64,000 nucleotides of DNA from a virus: positions 29,341 through 93,340 of IMG/VR virus record IMGVR_UViG_3300033688_000038. The stretch is one strand, 5' to 3'. Position numbers and translations under genes: made by a program. Of this stretch, positions 59,366 through 64,000 are shown in pieces. Each line of letters starts with the position of its first letter. Position 1 is the first letter of the stretch. The notes beneath the pieces were generated by a model. The model saw nothing but the letters and a program-made list of their open reading frames with translations. It was not told the origin of the DNA and ran no database searches.

Positions 59366-60400
59366 TTAATCTTCTAGCATATCAAACATGTTACCAAGAT
59401 CTTGCTGATCAAAGCTACCAGTTTCCATACGCTTCTTCAGTACAGCCTTCTTGGTGTTACCTGCAGGTTTACTTGACTTAGCTACTGCTTTGACTACTTT
59501 CTTAGGTGAGCCAATCTTCTTAATCTTAGCTTTAACAACTTGTTTACCTTGGTCTAATTGTTTAGCTTTATACAAAGCTTTAAAAATACCAGGATCTACA
59601 CAAGTAGTAATGAAATCTTCTGTCATACCAATCGAGTGACCATACTTCATAAGTTCTGTATACAACTCTTTATTCCAACCAGGGATATCTTTAGAAAGAA
59701 TAGTATTTGATTCAGCGGCTTGACGTTGTTGAGTAGCTGCTTTTTCAGCACCCTCAGCTTCTTTAATCTTAACCATCTCAGAGTTAATCTCTTTTAAGCG
59801 AGACTTATAACGATCAAGGAATTCACGGTTCTCAACATAAGCACTAGGATCTTCTTTAGCCAGGCTAACAAAATCAAAATCTGAATAATCTTCTACTACT
59901 TTCTGAGCTTCCAATTGAGCTAACTCTAATAGTGATTTGATATCTTTAGATGTACCTTCAAATGTAGCACGCTCTTCTTCGAATGCAGCACGCTCTTCAG
60001 CAAGAGCAGCAGCAGAACGATAACCTTTGATTGCTTCATTAAGCTTAACCATAGAGCCATCAGGAAGTGTTACATCATACTCTTCAAAGTCAACTTCATC
60101 ACCATCTTCATCAGTAATTTCTGCATCACCATCTTCGTACTCTGCATCATCTTCATCTTCTTCAAACTCTTCTGTCTCTTCATCAGTCTCTTCTTCAGAT
60201 TCTACATCATCTTCATCTTCATCAATTGTATCAAAGTCAAAATCACTTTCATCAATACCTAAATCAGATAAATCATTATCATCAATATCTTCAATTGCTG
60301 CTGCTTCTGGAGTCACGATAGTATCTTCACTATCTAACTGACCAAAAATATCACCCATATCTTCAATGTACATGTCATTCATTTCAATATTCATACTCAT
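59366..60400 (-). CDS. Capsid scaffolding protein, 344 aa
   Basis: Very acidic N-terminus, 'YDVTLPDG..VKLNEAIKGY' motif, coiled coil, basic C-terminal stretch; lies between portal and MCP. Confidence 0.85.
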   Translation of the reverse strand: MSMNIEMNDMYIEDMGDIFGQLDSEDTIVTPEAAAIEDIDDNDLSDLGIDESDFDFDTIDEDEDDVESEEETDEETEEFEEDEDDAEYEDGDAEITDEDGDEVDFEEYDVTLPDGSMVKLNEAIKGYRSAAALAEERAAFEEERATFEGTSKDIKSLLELAQLEAQKVVEDYSDFDFVSLAKEDPSAYVENREFLDRYKSRLKEINSEMVKIKEAEGAEKAATQQRQAAESNTILSKDIPGWNKELYTELMKYGHSIGMTEDFITTCVDPGIFKALYKAKQLDQGKQVVKAKIKKIGSPKKVVKAVAKSSKPAGNTKKAVLKKRMETGSFDQQDLGNMFDMLED

Positions 60401-60406
60401 AAGTTG

Positions 60407-60628
60407 TTACTCCTCAAAATCGTAGTTATTTAAATTCTCCTGAAGCTTTTCATTTAGTCGTTTTAATGCTTTAGTTAGCATATAGAGTTCCTCACGTTTG
60501 GTCATTTCATCAGGGAGAGTCTCTACGATTTCAAGAGCTATATCTTGGTGTATCTCTCGGAGGAGGTCTTCTAAAAGACCACCCTCCATTAATTGTTTTA
60601 CTTTGCTAAACCGTTGGATATCATTCAT
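60407..60628 (-). CDS. Small helical protein between portal and scaffold, 73 aa
   Basis: Coding-like helical sequence ('KREELYMLTKAL') at a position where related podoviruses carry a small gene. Confidence 0.7.
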   Translation of the reverse strand: MNDIQRFSKVKQLMEGGLLEDLLREIHQDIALEIVETLPDEMTKREELYMLTKALKRLNEKLQENLNNYDFEE

Positions 60629-60644
60629 TTAATCAACCCCACTA

Positions 60645-62786
60645 TTAGCTTCGACCTAAACCCACAGGCCTGTTGTGTTTATTTTCTAGTTGAGCCTCAA
60701 TCATAATCTCTTGACGTTTAAGTTCAAGTTTATCTCTTTCTAATTGAAGCTTCATTTGTTCAATCTGTAACTTACGCTCTTCAACACCCATCTTATCAGC
60801 AGCCTCATCTTGTTTAGATAAAGACTCCTCTTTCCTCATAGCGAAATCATCAGCAGCTTTAACTTGTTCAAACTGTAGCTTTTGCTGAGCTTCTGTAATA
60901 TCAGAAAGGATTTTTTGTGTTGCTGCTTGTGTCTGCTTAATTGTCTCAGCAGCTGTTTGTAATGTAAGCTCTTGTAATGGATCAGGTTGTGGAGGAGGTA
61001 AATCCTCTAGAGGTGTTAGATAATTCTGTACATCAAAAATACCCATAGCTTCAAAGATTTGAGTAGCCATGTAGTATGAATTCTGAGGTTGGATAAACAT
61101 ACCTACCTGCGGAGACGATGCTGCAAGTTGCAATGCACCAGTTAGCATCTGAGCCCTTTCACGACGTTCATTATTTCCAACTGCAACTGCTACGATCATC
61201 TTATCACGTCTAGGTAGCATGTTAGGGAAAATAGTCATCGGACCTTTTACTGTTTCAACTAAAATAGGGTCTTTAGCATTCTCGCGAATAATACGATAAA
61301 TACCTAACATCAGACGTTTCATACCTTCCTCTGCGATGTTACGTGCTATCATTCTCATTCTGTTTTGTGCTGCTGACATCATTGTGTTTACTGTAGCAAA
61401 AGAGTTATCATTCTTTAATACATCGTTATTTAAACCCTGCCCTAATCTCGTGACACCAGTACGTTGTTCCTTTTTCTGTTCCACGTATTCTAGTAGGGTA
61501 ATATTACCTTGTGGTAAAGCATGATAAGGGAGCAGAGTAACTGCGCCTGGAGTTGTGATTTCTACTACACCACCTGGACGGCCTTCCAAGAGTGAGCGTT
61601 TATCATAACCACCTTTTAATCCTGTGTAACGACCAAAGTTTGCATTCATTGTATTATCAATAATACCACGAACTAGCATGGTGTTAAGGTTTTGAATATC
61701 TTTAGTAATATCTGTTACTGATTCTCCGAAAATGTTACCAGGTACAGGGAAGGGTGTAATCGTTTCAAATGGCATTTCATTAACACGGCTCACTTCCAAA
61801 ATCTGGTCATAGACAGTAAATACTTGTAGCATCTCTGTAGTTCCGCTTAATGCGGACGTCTTGATATAGTTCTCATACAGCCATACTCGATCTACCATAT
61901 CATCACCAACAGAAAAATTGTCACTAGGATTATACATTTGTGCTTCAACTGCACGGGCACTAGATGCTTGTCCACCATATAAATCAAGATTATCAGACCT
62001 TAAACCTTTAACAGTTTCTTCATCGAAACCCATTTCAATAAGTTCTTGTTTACTCTTTCTTACACGATGAGCAATGTAGTTAGCTTCCTGGATGCAAGTT
62101 GCAAGTGGATCAATGATAATCTGCTCGAAAGGTACATATTCAACCTTTACACCTTCAGTAGAGCGTTTGTATGTAACAGAACCTTCAAGAAGTTCTTGTT
62201 CTTCATACTTATCTAAATCCTTGCACACCTCATCATCAATAGTAACAGAGATTAATTCTCCATCAATTTGTGATAAGTACAACTCTAAATCATCTCTAGA
62301 GATTTCATCAAAAGTCTCAGTAAAGACTTCATCACCAACTCTCCAGTATCTTTTGAACCATGAATTACCAACAATGCAACTCTCTTTGAAAGCATCATGT
62401 AATGCACGGTATCCTCTATTATCTGTCAACAAAGCTTTATTAACAAGCTTAGTTGCTGCCTCTGCCGCAATAGCATCTTCTGTAGTGCGCGGCATAAACC
62501 TTACTGCATTCTCACCTGAAGTGAAAACACCAATCAATTCTTGTAGAGTACCATTAACAGCTTCCCATACAGAACGGTCAATCCATTTAGAAGAACCTTT
62601 TGTAATTGGCTCAGGGAGTCTACCGTAGTAGTAATCCCAAGACTCAACTGTACGAGTGGCTAACTCACCTTCGTGGTGATAAAAAGCTAACTCTTTGTGA
62701 CCATTCAACTGAACAGTCAAGTCGCTTAGTTGGTCTTCGGTCATAACAACATCACCATAAATAATTAATTCTTGTTCCATGACCAA
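60645..62786 (-). CDS. Portal protein, 713 aa
   Basis: Follows TerL; P22/SU10-like portal features ('WDYYYG', 'VEYVPFEQIIIDP', 'MPF..ITP.P.P....GES..D...DIQ', C-terminal coiled-coil barrel). Confidence 0.92.
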   Translation of the reverse strand: MVMEQELIIYGDVVMTEDQLSDLTVQLNGHKELAFYHHEGELATRTVESWDYYYGRLPEPITKGSSKWIDRSVWEAVNGTLQELIGVFTSGENAVRFMPRTTEDAIAAEAATKLVNKALLTDNRGYRALHDAFKESCIVGNSWFKRYWRVGDEVFTETFDEISRDDLELYLSQIDGELISVTIDDEVCKDLDKYEEQELLEGSVTYKRSTEGVKVEYVPFEQIIIDPLATCIQEANYIAHRVRKSKQELIEMGFDEETVKGLRSDNLDLYGGQASSARAVEAQMYNPSDNFSVGDDMVDRVWLYENYIKTSALSGTTEMLQVFTVYDQILEVSRVNEMPFETITPFPVPGNIFGESVTDITKDIQNLNTMLVRGIIDNTMNANFGRYTGLKGGYDKRSLLEGRPGGVVEITTPGAVTLLPYHALPQGNITLLEYVEQKKEQRTGVTRLGQGLNNDVLKNDNSFATVNTMMSAAQNRMRMIARNIAEEGMKRLMLGIYRIIRENAKDPILVETVKGPMTIFPNMLPRRDKMIVAVAVGNNERRERAQMLTGALQLAASSPQVGMFIQPQNSYYMATQIFEAMGIFDVQNYLTPLEDLPPPQPDPLQELTLQTAAETIKQTQAATQKILSDITEAQQKLQFEQVKAADDFAMRKEESLSKQDEAADKMGVEERKLQIEQMKLQLERDKLELKRQEIMIEAQLENKHNRPVGLGRS

Positions 62787-62795
62787 ATCTCTCCA

Positions 62796-64000
62796 TTAGT
62801 AGTTAGCATTAAATCCTTGCCAATTATCATTATAAGCAGCCATATGGCCTCGTTCTGCCTCCATAGCAGAGATACCACGATGAGCAACAGATAGCGCTGA
62901 GTATCTCATAGCATCCACAAGGTCATCATCTCTTTTGACAATCTTACCTTCCTTGCGGTGATACTGACGAATCTCAGCAAACAAATCAGCACAACTAGAA
63001 AATATCTTCAATCGTCCTGTATTCATTCTTTGTAGTAAATCCATAAGTCCAGGTTCTACGAAGTTGTTTCGTTTACCTGATCTATCTAATGGATTATAAA
63101 ATGTTTCATGTAAAACGTTTACGTTCGCTTCTTCATAAAAAGACATAACTGAGCGACCCGAACCACGTTCTGTATTGTCTGCATCATGCGGTAGTACGAC
63201 AGGAATCCATGTACCTCTTGCATTAATAGCAGTTGCATGAACCGAAGGGGTATTTCCCGATTGGCGATATGCATCATAAATATAAATAGTATCAGTTCCA
63301 GCATCATAAGTACTCCACACAACAGCAGTTGGGTGATCAATACCAATATCAACAGCAGCAAGTTTACGCCAATGATCTGGTATATCGAAAGGTGTACAAG
63401 TAATCATAGTTTCATCCACATCGAAAATTAATCCACTACCCATTTGAGGGATACCCTTAGTACGCATGTCCCATTGGTATTTTGGAATAGAAGCTAATAG
63501 TTCTTCCATTAGTTCTGGTGTTATATGAGGTGCATCATCCCAACCTGCATTCTGAAAATAAAGAAGTCCAGTCTCATCATTCATAAACTGTTTGACAAGC
63601 TCTGTCTTACCATTCTCTGGAGTAGCCGTAATAGTTACTAAACCATTTGTAGTAGCTGTACGTGTTACACACTGTGAATAAATCTTAATAGAGTTATGTG
63701 GGTCTTCTTCATCAATCCAAATAAAGTCAACTGTCGAACCCATTAAAGTGTGCTCTCCTTGTTGTGTGCTTCGGAATTCAAGTGTTGTTAAACCATCGAA
63801 ACGACCCAAAGGATCATGATGTTTAATCTTAGCAATCTTAATCATATTACCATCACGTTCAAGCATTTCAAAATCTATACAATCACGTGGAATAGAACCA
63901 GTACCAAGTGCAGCTGTATCTTTAGCCATCTCTGTTCCGAACAATTCTTTCTGAAGAACTTTACGAGTTGAGTCACCTGTAATACCAACACACCAAATAA
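62796..64000 (-). CDS. terL: Terminase large subunit (5' end outside the window)
   Basis: Walker B 'FIWIDEE', 'ITATPENG', nuclease 'AVDIGIDHPTA' and 'DDLVDAMRY'. The frame stays open to the window edge (IWCVGITGDSTRKVLQKELFG), so the track's TTG start at 63944 is internal. Confidence 0.95.
   Translation of the reverse strand, partial: IWCVGITGDSTRKVLQKELFGTEMAKDTAALGTGSIPRDCIDFEMLERDGNMIKIAKIKHHDPLGRFDGLTTLEFRSTQQGEHTLMGSTVDFIWIDEEDPHNSIKIYSQCVTRTATTNGLVTITATPENGKTELVKQFMNDETGLLYFQNAGWDDAPHITPELMEELLASIPKYQWDMRTKGIPQMGSGLIFDVDETMITCTPFDIPDHWRKLAAVDIGIDHPTAVVWSTYDAGTDTIYIYDAYRQSGNTPSVHATAINARGTWIPVVLPHDADNTERGSGRSVMSFYEEANVNVLHETFYNPLDRSGKRNNFVEPGLMDLLQRMNTGRLKIFSSCADLFAEIRQYHRKEGKIVKRDDDLVDAMRYSALSVAHRGISAMEAERGHMAAYNDNWQGFNANY

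Noticed and set aside
1-64000. tRNA/rRNA genes, integrase, transposase, introns or inteins
   Set aside because: None recognised by eye; the TerL, portal and MCP frames are uninterrupted. A tRNA scan was not run.

Overview
AT-rich dsDNA podovirus segment with the gene order and major capsid protein (MCP) family of phiEco32/SU10-like (Kuravirus-related) phages. A short + strand block at the left edge (endonuclease I-like C-terminus, Tad2/DUF2829-like and Gp49-like genes) converges at a bidirectional terminator on a ~63 kb - strand morphogenesis region. In transcription order that region holds TerL (partial), portal, scaffold, EIGHT tandem MCP paralogues, a ~15 kb block of fibre/appendage genes, adaptor, long tail fibres, short fibre, nozzle, a repeat-rich 1814-aa tail protein, an M15 endolysin, a virion lysozyme-like protein and ejection proteins ending in a 2965-aa giant. 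The main finding is the MCP array. Six copies carry different Ig-like C-terminal domains. The eighth is a bare core with its own promoter, host-optimised codons, a -1 frameshift site and a terminator. Directly downstream, four appendage proteins share an N-terminal 'IRxxxLNPxIxxxN' motif, and two of these carry NanS-like sialate O-acetylesterase plus lectin domains. A bipartite TGTGAG-N15/16-TTGTATA motif occurs six times upstream of late genes and once, near-consensus, in antisense orientation. All family assignments come from motif recognition by eye; no database searches were run.
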